From the NCBI GenBank assembly GCA_963664195.1, contig OY760907.1:3744001-3808000 (forward strand): 64,000 nt of DNA. Reading direction: 5' to 3'. The DNA is from an uncultured candidate division Zixibacteria bacterium. Lineage in GTDB: Bacteria > Zixibacteria > MSB-5A5 > GN15 > FEB-12. Both the position numbers and the translations under genes were made by a program. The notes under the pieces are model-generated. The model saw only the letters and a list, made by a program, of their open reading frames with translations, had not been told where the DNA came from and did no database searches. Positions 1 through 9,091 of this stretch are shown here, piece by piece; positions within the stretch are counted from its first letter, which is position 1, and the number at the start of each line of letters is the position of its first letter.

Positions 1-375
1 TGTACTTGCCCCGGCGGTGATAATATCAAGCGTATCGAGCGTCGTTTTCTTGATGACACTCTTTCCTGCCACACCCTCACCGAGGACTTCAGTCAAACCG
101 TGGCGTCGTTCCACAGTGAAAAGCTTGTGCAGAGTCGGCCTGCGCATATCGCAGTCGATCAGAAGAGTCTTCAGTCCCTTCTTGGCGGCAGTAATCGCCA
201 GAAGCGAACTGAGTGTAGACTTTCCCTCGCCGGTGGTGGCCGACGTCAACAGAATAGACTTCAACTCGCCCTCCGCTGCGTTTTTCTGAAGATTGTGCAA
301 CAGCCGACGCAGTTCAGTAGCTATGGGTGATTCCAGACTGTAGTAGTCAGCCAGCGGGACTATATCTCGGGCCAT
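1..375 (-). CDS. CpsD/CapB-family bacterial tyrosine (BY) kinase, 3' part runs off the window
   Basis: Not in the ORF track. Manual translation from ATG 375 gives MARDIVPLADYYSLESPIATELRRL...SILLTSATTGEGKST...LLIDCDMRRP, with Walker A and A' motifs. Downstream of a wza-like gene. Confidence 0.85.
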   Translation of the reverse strand, partial: MARDIVPLADYYSLESPIATELRRLLHNLQKNAAEGELKSILLTSATTGEGKSTLSSLLAITAAKKGLKTLLIDCDMRRPTLHKLFTVERRHGLTEVLGEGVAGKSVIKKTTLDTLDIITAGAST

Positions 376-385
376 AGGCGGTATC

Positions 386-1510
386 TCACCCTTTCTCGGT
401 CATCTTACGGATTGTTTCGTTTAGACGCGGCGAAATACTGCTCGCGGCCTCCAGCGCCTGAGTCACCCAGCCAAGAGCCCCGTTCATTTCTGACGTTTTT
501 TCGAGCTGTTTGACGCCCTTCTGCCAGATCAAGCGCGACTTCTCAAGATAGCACTGGGCCAGTTCCGCCTGAAGGTCTACGTAGCTGGGGTTTCTTTGCA
601 GTTCTTTTTCAAGAAATACGATCCGATCCTCCACCGCTTTTTCCGTCACCCAGCCGGGATACAGCACAAAACGCATGTAGAAGGTGGCAAACTCAAGCCG
701 TCGCTCTTCCTTGCGTTGCTCGCGAACACCTTTGAGCAGGTTCAGGCATTGCGCAAAATCATGGCCTTGCAGCGCCCTGAGTCCGTTCTCGAAGCCGGAC
801 CGCTCCTGGATGCCCGGCTCGATCATCGAAGCTCGATTTAAGCATTCCGTAATTCGATTCACGGCCACATTCTTGTCGAACCCCACTCCTCCGGTGACCG
901 CTCTCAGCACGTGAGCCAGCCCGAGATTGAAATAGGCGTCAGCATAGTACATATTGACGCTTACCGCCTGCTCGAATTCCCTGATTGCCTCATCCGGTTG
1001 TCCGTTGGACAAGAACGCCTCTCCCAGATTGTTGCGGAAATCGGCATAGCCAGGACGACCCTCGACAGCCCTGGTGCAAGCAGCAACGGCATCCTCGGTT
1101 CGTCCCATTGCCAGGTAGGTCAACCCGAGATGGTTGTAGGCCTGGTGTGCACTCGGATCGACGCAGACGACAGAGTCGAAAAGCTCAACGGCTTCTGCGT
1201 ACAGTTTTTTGTAGAAGAAGGCAGTCCCGAGTTGATACAACGCTTCGGAATCAGCGCCCGACATGATCTGTTTGAAGGCCTTCAGTAGTACTTCGATTTC
1301 CTTCTTCTTCTCACCGTGGGCGGCTTTTACCAGCGAAAGCACTTCTTCCGGATTGATCTCCGACGGGTGCGGACACCTCACGGTATCAGTCTGGCGACCG
1401 TCGACATACACCGATGTCATGACCGACCCCTCGCTGATATCGTTCGTGGTCTGGATCAGGTATTCCCTGTCCTGTTCTCTCAGTTTGCTGCTCAGGCGAT
1501 ATGTTTCCAT
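386..1510 (-). CDS. TPR-repeat protein with uncharacterised N-terminal domain
   Basis: Tandem TPRs (ALYQLG, AYNHLG, FRNNLG, AYFNLG); no signal peptide. Confidence 0.8.
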   Translation of the reverse strand: METYRLSSKLREQDREYLIQTTNDISEGSVMTSVYVDGRQTDTVRCPHPSEINPEEVLSLVKAAHGEKKKEIEVLLKAFKQIMSGADSEALYQLGTAFFYKKLYAEAVELFDSVVCVDPSAHQAYNHLGLTYLAMGRTEDAVAACTRAVEGRPGYADFRNNLGEAFLSNGQPDEAIREFEQAVSVNMYYADAYFNLGLAHVLRAVTGGVGFDKNVAVNRITECLNRASMIEPGIQERSGFENGLRALQGHDFAQCLNLLKGVREQRKEERRLEFATFYMRFVLYPGWVTEKAVEDRIVFLEKELQRNPSYVDLQAELAQCYLEKSRLIWQKGVKQLEKTSEMNGALGWVTQALEAASSISPRLNETIRKMTEKG

Positions 1511-1545
1511 GTACTCATCAGCCTTCCTGCCTCCCGGGACAGTTC

Positions 1546-2517
1546 TTAGTTCCCCTTGATCCGGTCATAAAGAAGAACGGCGGTCCCAAGGGCGCCAACG
1601 GCCGTAGCAATGCCACCTATGCCGGATCCGAAGAAACCTGTGCCCCGTGCGGGCACGTAAATCAAATCTTCTTTCTGCACGAAATACCGGGCAGGCATTC
1701 CTTTTTCGCTGTATTTGGCAAGGTCAAAATTGACCGTCTGGGAATAATATCCGTCTTTGATCACCAGTTGAATATCTTTCGTATTCGCTTCAATCGTCGT
1801 CCCACCGGCCATAGCTATCGCCTCGGCAACATCGAGATTCTTCTCGTAAGCAATTGTACCGGGCGTGGTCACCGCACCGAACACATAAACCACCGGTTTT
1901 TTCTCTGCCCCCATGCCCAACTCAGTACCCATCGCCATGCCGGGCGTCCTGGGCAGCTCGATAGTGTCCTGGCGACGGATCTTGGGCAGCTTCTCAATCC
2001 GGGCGTTGGCAATCGCCTCGGAGACGTTCACTATTTCCACTTTGCCGGCATCCTTGCCGCCGCGGAGGATCGCCACACGTGTCAGGTCACCGGCAGGCCC
2101 GACACCACCGGACTCGTTGATGATTGTCCAGAGGTCCGGTATCTCTTCAAACGTCTTCTTGCCCGGCAGGTTCACCTGACCGATGACATAGACGTAATTG
2201 TAGTTATACTCCACGACCCTTACCGTCGCCTGAGAAACTTCCTTATTCAGACGCGACATCGCCCGTGCAATGTCATTCTGGAGTTCCGTGGTGGTCTTCC
2301 CGGAAGCCACGATCGGTCCTACGATATCAAGCGTGATTTTGCCGTCCAATCCCACCTTCACCTGAGCGTCGAGATCGCGCGCTTGAAAGAAACTGATCGA
2401 CAGAACATCGCCCGGCCCGATCACATACTCGGCAGCTCGAAGGGTCCCTCCGGCGAGCCAGCAAATCGCCAGTAGAACAAGTGCAGTGGCGATTCCGGTG
2501 CGTTGTTGTTTCTTCAT
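1546..2517 (-). CDS. Polysaccharide biosynthesis/export protein (Wza/OPX-like, Poly_export + SLBB domains)
   Basis: YVIGPGDVLSI...DGKITL motif, two SLBB repeats (VYVIGQVNLPG, VYVFGAVTTPG) and a signal peptide. Start moved to ATG 2517, which has a GGAG RBS. Confidence 0.88.
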   Translation of the reverse strand: MKKQQRTGIATALVLLAICWLAGGTLRAAEYVIGPGDVLSISFFQARDLDAQVKVGLDGKITLDIVGPIVASGKTTTELQNDIARAMSRLNKEVSQATVRVVEYNYNYVYVIGQVNLPGKKTFEEIPDLWTIINESGGVGPAGDLTRVAILRGGKDAGKVEIVNVSEAIANARIEKLPKIRRQDTIELPRTPGMAMGTELGMGAEKKPVVYVFGAVTTPGTIAYEKNLDVAEAIAMAGGTTIEANTKDIQLVIKDGYYSQTVNFDLAKYSEKGMPARYFVQKEDLIYVPARGTGFFGSGIGGIATAVGALGTAVLLYDRIKGN

Positions 2518-2674
2518 GGTTTTATACTCTCCAGTATGACTCTTGTAATACCAAATCGGCAGTTTTTCCAATAAGATTAATTACGAAATATAGACCCGCC
2601 TCAAACAGGAGTAAAGGCTAAAAACTGAGCCCCTTTTGTGACTATAGTGCTTCTGATCCCGATATGTACGTAAC

Positions 2675-4291
2675 CTAGAACAGGAGGTACCGGTTCCGGC
2701 CGCCTTCTTTTGCACGCAACAGGGCCATGTCGGCCGCAAAGATCAGTTGCTCGGCGTCGGTGCCATGCTCGGGGAATACCGCTCCTCCCTGGGATATCGT
2801 GCAAACGAGGTCGGTTTCGGTCTGTCCGATCTCGAATGACGTCCGTGATATCTTACTCTGCAACCGTCCCATGAACTGCATACAGGTGCTGCTGTCGGAT
2901 TCCGGCATAATCACACAGAATTCGTCTCCGCCAAAACGGGCGGTAACGTCGATAGAGCGGATTGACCTTCGAAGCACCTCTCCCAGGCGACGGATAATGG
3001 CATCCCCTGCTTGATGGCCGAATCTGTCATTGATGTACTTAAGCTCGTCCAAATCGAGGATTATAAGTCCAAGCGAGCGGCGATATCTTCGGGCGCGCCC
3101 GATTTCCTCATCGAGCCTCTTGTTGAAGTATCTTCGGTTGGCAAGACCGGTCAGATTGTCCGTGTACGACTCCTCCTGCACTCTCTCGAATGATTCCGCG
3201 TTTTCCATCAACTCCGTGCAGGAGAGACCGTGCATTCGCAGTCGGGAGAGCACTGCTTCGGGGGCGCGAGCATCACTCCAGGCCAGCAGACCGGATCGGT
3301 GCGCGGAAACTGGAAACGAGGTCATGTATTTCAGCCCGGCTTCCTGCAGTTTACTACTCAACTCGGTCACCTGAGTCGTCGCAGCAGAGAGGTCGGCCAC
3401 GTGCTCTGAATTTCCGCCGCTCAGTTGAGCAATGAGCTGCTCGAAATCCGGGCGTGGAGGCGAGACAATTGACCCCGCGACCCCGTGTTTCACCACACAC
3501 ACCGGCGCAGTGACTTCCTTGGACTCATACATGAAAGCGAACTGTTCGAGTTCGAGATCCTTGCGCACCTCATCGATGATCTTACTGACGAGTGTCTCGG
3601 AGTTTCGATGACGCACCAGTTTGAGTACCCCCACTGGTGTAGCGGGCAAGCCCCTGTCCATCTTTCTGGAGGCTTCCTCAAGTTCCGCGGTCCGCTCTTC
3701 CAGCCGCTCCAATTTCTCTTCCTGATCCTTCACATGGAAAGCCACCGACAGGGATTGTGCCAGAGTAGAGATAATAATCCTGAACGAGGCTGTGTCAGTC
3801 CTCAGACGACTGTGAATGAAATACAGACCGTACAGTTCTTCGCGCCAAATTATCGGAAAATAGTGCGTGCATCGCCATTGTCGAAGCTGACTGTACACAT
3901 CGCCGGGAAGCAGCGATTCCAGATCGCGAACGGAAGCGGGGTGACCCCGATTCGTCAGCTCGACCGTCAACTCGGGAGTAATGGGAATCCTCGGCAGGCC
4001 GCCCGAGCTGTCGGTCTTATACTTGTGGTTCAATTCCAGATAGTGACGCTCTTTGCGGAAGAAGACCACCTTCTCACAGGCACAGGCATTCCTCAACAAG
4101 TCTGATGCCTTTTCAGCAACAACCTGCACGGATCCCTCGAGACTATTCAGTCTGAGAAAATCTGAGAAGTCGTCCTGGTTCATCCTCGAGATGACGGCCG
4201 TCTGGTGCTCCGAACGGCGTAATTTGATCAATAATACCAAAAGGATGGAAACCAGCACGACCAGAGCTGTAATCCACACGGTCCAATACAT
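2675..4291 (-). CDS. Membrane-anchored diguanylate cyclase (N-terminal TM, GAF-like region, GGDEF)
   Basis: TDNLTGLANRR, intact GGDEF and RxxD I-site (RSID-x5-GGDEF); hydrophobic N-terminus. Confidence 0.92.
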   Translation of the reverse strand: MYWTVWITALVVLVSILLVLLIKLRRSEHQTAVISRMNQDDFSDFLRLNSLEGSVQVVAEKASDLLRNACACEKVVFFRKERHYLELNHKYKTDSSGGLPRIPITPELTVELTNRGHPASVRDLESLLPGDVYSQLRQWRCTHYFPIIWREELYGLYFIHSRLRTDTASFRIIISTLAQSLSVAFHVKDQEEKLERLEERTAELEEASRKMDRGLPATPVGVLKLVRHRNSETLVSKIIDEVRKDLELEQFAFMYESKEVTAPVCVVKHGVAGSIVSPPRPDFEQLIAQLSGGNSEHVADLSAATTQVTELSSKLQEAGLKYMTSFPVSAHRSGLLAWSDARAPEAVLSRLRMHGLSCTELMENAESFERVQEESYTDNLTGLANRRYFNKRLDEEIGRARRYRRSLGLIILDLDELKYINDRFGHQAGDAIIRRLGEVLRRSIRSIDVTARFGGDEFCVIMPESDSSTCMQFMGRLQSKISRTSFEIGQTETDLVCTISQGGAVFPEHGTDAEQLIFAADMALLRAKEGGRNRYLLF

Positions 4292-4327
4292 GACCGAAGC
4301 CCCACCTACGGTTTCTTATCTATCTAT

Positions 4328-4355
4328 AAACTAACGATTTAACGAAATCTGTCAA
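4328..4355 (-). promoter_or_regulatory. Possible sigma70 promoter of the GGDEF gene
   Basis: TTGACA-N16-TAGTTT on the minus strand, about 35 nt upstream of the ATG. Confidence 0.4.
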
Positions 4356-4639
4356 CAAAAACGCTTGTCAGGACCGGCCCCACGCATATCTGAATCTAGA
4401 CTTTTTACGTAGCAAACCGTGCCTTTTGAGAATACGAAAGACTCTCCACCAACCGGCTTTTTCTCCGGAGTTGTGCTGAGCGTACTCTTTGCGGATCTCA
4501 GAGATCGAAACAAAAGGATCGTTTTTGACCATTTGAAGGGCAAAAACCTCTATGCCATCGCCAGAATCAAGTGTAAGCGGCTCGTCATTTAGAATTGACT
4601 GCGGCGCAGAACCGGTGTCCGACAGGTTGTCAATGACCC

Positions 4640-5041
4640 TTACTCGTCCTGCGGTGGGCTTTTTTTTTTGTCGGTCGGCTCAAGATCGGCGGCGAAGTTC
4701 TCCACCGCATCATCAAGTGAAGTATACACCTGCAGAACCTTGTCGAACTCAAGCAATTCAAAAATCTCGTGTACGTCGGAGGTCATGTTGGCGAGTTTGA
4801 TATCGCCGTCTTCGGACCGCACGTCTTTGATATGTGAGATGAATATCCCCCACCCGGCAGACGAGATATAGTCCACACCGGCCAGATCAATCACGATTTT
4901 GTACCGATTGCGACGAAGCAGTGAATCTATCACCTGCTCCAGTTCCGTGGCAGTCAACGTGTCGATAACGCCGTCGATTCGGACTTCCGAGACATTGCGG
5001 TCGTGACCGCCCTCGGACAACGATATGCTGATATTCTCCAT
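4640..5041 (-). CDS. STAS-domain anti-sigma-factor antagonist (RsbV/SpoIIAA-like)
   Basis: IVIDLAGVDYISSAGWG with the conserved phospho-acceptor Ser; 133 aa. Confidence 0.92.
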   Translation of the reverse strand: MENISISLSEGGHDRNVSEVRIDGVIDTLTATELEQVIDSLLRRNRYKIVIDLAGVDYISSAGWGIFISHIKDVRSEDGDIKLANMTSDVHEIFELLEFDKVLQVYTSLDDAVENFAADLEPTDKKKSPPQDE

Positions 5042-5165
5042 ACTCAGACACCAATACGTGGGGCCGCCAACGCAGCTATCGTACGCATTTGCGCACGAGC
5101 CGTCTCGAGCAACCAGTCCCTTAAGAAGGCAATCCGAAGGTCAAAAGGCAACTACTAATTTGAGA

Positions 5166-7214
5166 TCAGGTATTCTTGTCGTGATCGCCGAAGTGTTCAA
5201 TTGTCTGGCTGTCGATCACCGTTCCCTCGCCGGCCCCTGACTCCTCCTCGGTCACCGGCACGGTCCGCGCAAGCACAAAAGTGACATCGTCCCGTTGATG
5301 GGCAAACCCGGCGAAACCGTCGAGTTCGTCGACTATCGCCTGAGAGATATCTTTGATGCCCATCGGCTCACGGTTTTTCAGCTTGGCCTGAAGGAAATCA
5401 GCGAGGCGGTCCACACCATACTGCTTACCTTCGCGATTAACCGCCTCGGTGATGCCGTCGGTATAGATAAAAAAGAGGTCGCCCTCGTCCAACGCGAGTT
5501 CCATTTCTTCGAGCGTGTCCCCGAACCCCTGATCCATGGTGGCCGGCACTCCGAGAGGCATGCCGGACGGGTTGAGTTTTACAACTTTGCGCGTCCCTGC
5601 TTTGAACAGCAGCAGCGGATTATGACCGGCCGACACGAAATTGAAGGTCCGCGATTCGGAATCGAATATCCCCATCAGCACCGTAATGAACATTCCTTTG
5701 GGCATGTTGCCGGTAAGGTATTCATCAACCGATATCAGCGTCGCCCGGGCCGAGATCGCCCCTCTCGAATATATCTTGATAACCGTCCTTAACATGGACA
5801 TCACCAGCGAGGCCGGTACGCCCTTGCCGGAGACATCAGCCACAATGACACAGCATCGTTTTTCGTCGATCTCGAAGACATCGTAGAGATCCCCGCCGAT
5901 GATCGAGGCAGCCCTGTAGAACGCGGCAACCTCGAGCCCGGGGCGCTGCGGCAGGTTGCGTGGCAGGAGCATCTGTTGAATCTGCGAAGCCACTTCGAGT
6001 TCCTTGGCCATCTTCTCACGTTCAATCTCCGCCTCTCGATCCCGACGGATACGCGTCATCATTTCGTTCAGAGCGCTTGAGATTTCAAAGAACTCATCGG
6101 CACCTTCAAGGGGCAGCTCACTTTCGAGATCGCCGGACGAGAACCGCCGTACTCTGCGAGTGATATTGACAATCGGTTTCACGAAATGGTTCGACAGCAG
6201 ATAGATGCCGAGAATACCGAACAGAATCAGCAGGCCGGTGACCTTGATAATATTCTCTCGCGACTCGGACAGGCGGGCCAGCACGGGTGCCGAGGAGTAG
6301 GTCAGATGCACCGCTCCCAGGCTCCGTTCGCCGGTCTTGATCGGAAGCTCCAGGTAATTGACTTCCTCTCCATTGATTAGCGTCCGCTGAGGCGTACCAA
6401 AATGTCCGGGGCGGACGAATCCGGGATAAGTATATCGATTACGGATATTGTGGATATCATCGGAGTGAGCGACAATCGTGTGAACGCTGTCAGTCAACAC
6501 GATCCGTCGAAGCACGCGGTTAGAGTTGTAGTACGAGATTACCAGTTCGTCGAATTCCACGTCACTTCGGCTGTTAATAGTATACAGCGCGGCTTGTTCG
6601 GCGATAGTCATACCGAGAGCACGGACAGTATTGTCGAGGTTAGAGTATATCTCTCGATTGGTGCGATCTTGAATGTAGTAGAACGCGCCGCCAATAATCA
6701 CCGATACAATGAAGAACGTCCAGAGGGAAAACTTTGCGCGCAGAGTGAACATCCTGCGAAGCAACGGGGCGGCCTCTTTGTGGGCTTGCGAACCGAGGCG
6801 CTTGGTCATACGGAGTTCGTTCTGATTCGTCCCCGACACGTACTCGACTGAATCCATGATCTTCTGGATCATGTAGAAACCGAGGCCGCCGCGTCTGCCG
6901 GACTCGACCAGCCTTTCGAGGTCCAGCTTGCCACTCCCGTCGGGACGGAAAGATCGGCCGTTGTCAATGAGAGAGAAAACAAGCAGCTTTGAATAAATGA
7001 CGATGCGCAGCCTCAGCGTGCCCTTTTCGTACAGATAGGCATGCCGGATGATGTTTGTCGCCCCTTCTTCGATGGCAAGCAAGACCGCCTGAGTGTCTTT
7101 GCGTGCCATACCTGCCGATGAACAGGCCTCACGCACGGTGCGCTGGATGCTGTCAAGGTATTTCTCCTCGGCAAGAAACTCGGCGTTTATCTCTTTAGTA
7201 GGGCGACGAAACAT
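5166..7214 (-). CDS. Fused RsbW-like Ser kinase / 2TM sensor / HAMP / SpoIIE-type PP2C phosphatase
   Basis: HATPase boxes EGATNIIRHAY, DNGRSF, GGLGFYMI; two TM helices; HAMP; PP2C motifs GGDLYD, ADVSGKG, AGH, YTDG, DDVT. Start uncertain (7214 or 7247). Confidence 0.9.
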   Translation of the reverse strand: MFRRPTKEINAEFLAEEKYLDSIQRTVREACSSAGMARKDTQAVLLAIEEGATNIIRHAYLYEKGTLRLRIVIYSKLLVFSLIDNGRSFRPDGSGKLDLERLVESGRRGGLGFYMIQKIMDSVEYVSGTNQNELRMTKRLGSQAHKEAAPLLRRMFTLRAKFSLWTFFIVSVIIGGAFYYIQDRTNREIYSNLDNTVRALGMTIAEQAALYTINSRSDVEFDELVISYYNSNRVLRRIVLTDSVHTIVAHSDDIHNIRNRYTYPGFVRPGHFGTPQRTLINGEEVNYLELPIKTGERSLGAVHLTYSSAPVLARLSESRENIIKVTGLLILFGILGIYLLSNHFVKPIVNITRRVRRFSSGDLESELPLEGADEFFEISSALNEMMTRIRRDREAEIEREKMAKELEVASQIQQMLLPRNLPQRPGLEVAAFYRAASIIGGDLYDVFEIDEKRCCVIVADVSGKGVPASLVMSMLRTVIKIYSRGAISARATLISVDEYLTGNMPKGMFITVLMGIFDSESRTFNFVSAGHNPLLLFKAGTRKVVKLNPSGMPLGVPATMDQGFGDTLEEMELALDEGDLFFIYTDGITEAVNREGKQYGVDRLADFLQAKLKNREPMGIKDISQAIVDELDGFAGFAHQRDDVTFVLARTVPVTEEESGAGEGTVIDSQTIEHFGDHDKNT

Positions 7215-7273
7215 AATGCAAGGTACTCGCGCGGGGCGCGGAAACACTAGTTAAAAAGTAAAAAGGGGAAGGC

Positions 7274-9091
7274 TTACCTGTCCGGTTCCTGACTGCCGAG
7301 ACGGAGTTTGGCCTGTTCGATATTGTCCACGGTATTCGGATTGTTCGGATAGGCTTTGAGCACCTGATTCCAGGCATCGATAGCCTTCTGGTACTCTTTG
7401 TTTCTCATATACCGTAGACCATCGAGATACAGGGCCCAGGCATCCCGGTCCTTCTGCAGATCCTCGAGGGTAGCAGTTCTGGTTTGTGCTTCGCCAATGC
7501 GACTGAGGTAATCAAGCGCGGTCGCTTGACTCGGGTTCACTTCGAGGACGGCATTGAACTGCGTGCGGGCAGCATTGAGGCGTCCTTTTTCGAACAACTC
7601 GATACCGGCACGGATCTTCTCTGGAAGGTCCATAGTGGCCAACACTTGTTTCTTGGCGGCCGGTGCCAACTTGTTGTCGGGTTCGATTTCGAGCACACGG
7701 TTGTACCCCTCGATGGCTTCGGCAAAGCGGCCCTCATCGGAGGCCTGTTTCGCGTTCAGCAATTGCTGTTCAACCTCGGCGGCTCTCGCCTGCAAAATGT
7801 TACTGCGGAGTTGCTCTGCGCGAAGATTATTGGCATCAATATCAAACACGAGATTGAGCAAATCCAGAGACGCCTGATAAATCTTGCGGTCATACAGCGA
7901 CTCGGCCTGGGTCACGAAACTTGTAATGGTTTGGTTCCGCTCCGTCTCTGCCTGGCGGAGCCGGGCTTCCTGCTCGTGCTGCACGCGACGAGATTCAGCA
8001 ATAGCGGCCAGCGAACCGATGATCTCCTGATCGTTGGGCCGCAGATCAAGAGCCTGACGGTAGTAGGTGGCGGCCGAGTCAAGCTCGAAGCGCTGCAGGA
8101 AACTGTTTCCCTGGGCCATCAGCGAGGCAAAAAGTTTCTCTTCCGGCGTCGGCTCCGGCGGTCTGAGGGCAAGCTCGCGAAGTCGTTTTTGCTCTGGCAC
8201 CGATTTGCCCAGCAGGAACGACACGGTGAAATGATGGACATCCTCCACATAGTCCGTAACTTTATACGCGTAGTCGATCTTGAGCCTGCCATGAAGCAAA
8301 CCGGCCCCGAGCGCCATGTTGTCCCTGTCATATCCGGCCCGGAAAGCATAGTGCCGGTGCAGAGTCAACTCTCCACCTGCGTGCAGCTTGACCGCCCGGT
8401 CGGCGTGTTTCTCCAGATCGCCTGACAACGTCACTACCGCATGCTCGGACAACGACAGATCGTGCAATGTCAACCCGCCCGCAAACGTAAACGGCATATC
8501 TTCAGCGGTGGAGTCAAGCTGCAATTCGGTTGGCAGTATGTCCCGCGCTATGGCACCCAACGAAAGATGTTTGTATAGCTTTGCCGTAGCACCCAGGTCC
8601 ATCTCAATGGCAAAATCGGAGTGATCATCCAGCGCCTGATTGACTATCTTGAGGCTGGTACCGGCGGCGAACGGTTCGCCAATATTCAAGCCATAAGACA
8701 ACACCAGTTGCGACTGCGAATAGCTGAATGTGCCCTTGTCGGCATACTCTGCCCTTCTCACGATGTCACCGGTACCGATCCTCATGAATCCGAGACCGAA
8801 GCCCCGGTTTTCATCGACCGGATACACCCACGATGCAAAGTCGTAGGTCGAGTTTGCAAACAACACGACGTGCGTAAACGAGACTTCCTGCTGAAGCAAA
8901 TTGGCCAGGCCTGCGGGGTTGTAGTAAACGGCTGAGGCATCCTGGGAAAGCGAGATCACTCCGCCCCCCATGGCCAGTGCCCTGGCGCCGTTGCCAATAG
9001 AGAAAGGCGATTCCCGACCGGCGTCCCCGGTTCCAGCATACGCGACAGCAGATAGCAGCAGGCCGACGATTGTCAGGACGAGGCTTTTCAT
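7274..9091 (-). CDS. PorV/PorQ-like outer-membrane beta-barrel fused to C-terminal TPR domain
   Basis: Signal peptide, GARALAMGG...DASAVYYNPAGL motif of PorV/FadL-like barrels, amphipathic strands ending HHFTVSF, then multiple TPRs. ATG overlaps the upstream TGA (ATGA). Confidence 0.8.
   Translation of the reverse strand: MKSLVLTIVGLLLSAVAYAGTGDAGRESPFSIGNGARALAMGGGVISLSQDASAVYYNPAGLANLLQQEVSFTHVVLFANSTYDFASWVYPVDENRGFGLGFMRIGTGDIVRRAEYADKGTFSYSQSQLVLSYGLNIGEPFAAGTSLKIVNQALDDHSDFAIEMDLGATAKLYKHLSLGAIARDILPTELQLDSTAEDMPFTFAGGLTLHDLSLSEHAVVTLSGDLEKHADRAVKLHAGGELTLHRHYAFRAGYDRDNMALGAGLLHGRLKIDYAYKVTDYVEDVHHFTVSFLLGKSVPEQKRLRELALRPPEPTPEEKLFASLMAQGNSFLQRFELDSAATYYRQALDLRPNDQEIIGSLAAIAESRRVQHEQEARLRQAETERNQTITSFVTQAESLYDRKIYQASLDLLNLVFDIDANNLRAEQLRSNILQARAAEVEQQLLNAKQASDEGRFAEAIEGYNRVLEIEPDNKLAPAAKKQVLATMDLPEKIRAGIELFEKGRLNAARTQFNAVLEVNPSQATALDYLSRIGEAQTRTATLEDLQKDRDAWALYLDGLRYMRNKEYQKAIDAWNQVLKAYPNNPNTVDNIEQAKLRLGSQEPDR

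Noticed and set aside
1501..2475. Long plus-strand ORFs antisense to real genes (also 7484-8425, 20285-21178, 22265-23122, 34755-35618, 37683-38495, 49890-50639)
   Set aside because: Shadow frames of well-supported minus-strand genes with no recognisable domains or RBS.
4292..4639. c-di-GMP riboswitch upstream of the GGDEF gene (also checked 5042-5165 and 37979-38093)
   Set aside because: Fragments such as GCAAACC occur, but the paired GEMM architecture could not be built by eye. An Infernal/Rfam scan would be decisive.
4660..4669. 10-nt homopolymer in the STAS gene as a phase-variation tract
   Set aside because: It lies in the last few codons (DKKKS) after the folded domain, so slippage would only change a short tail.
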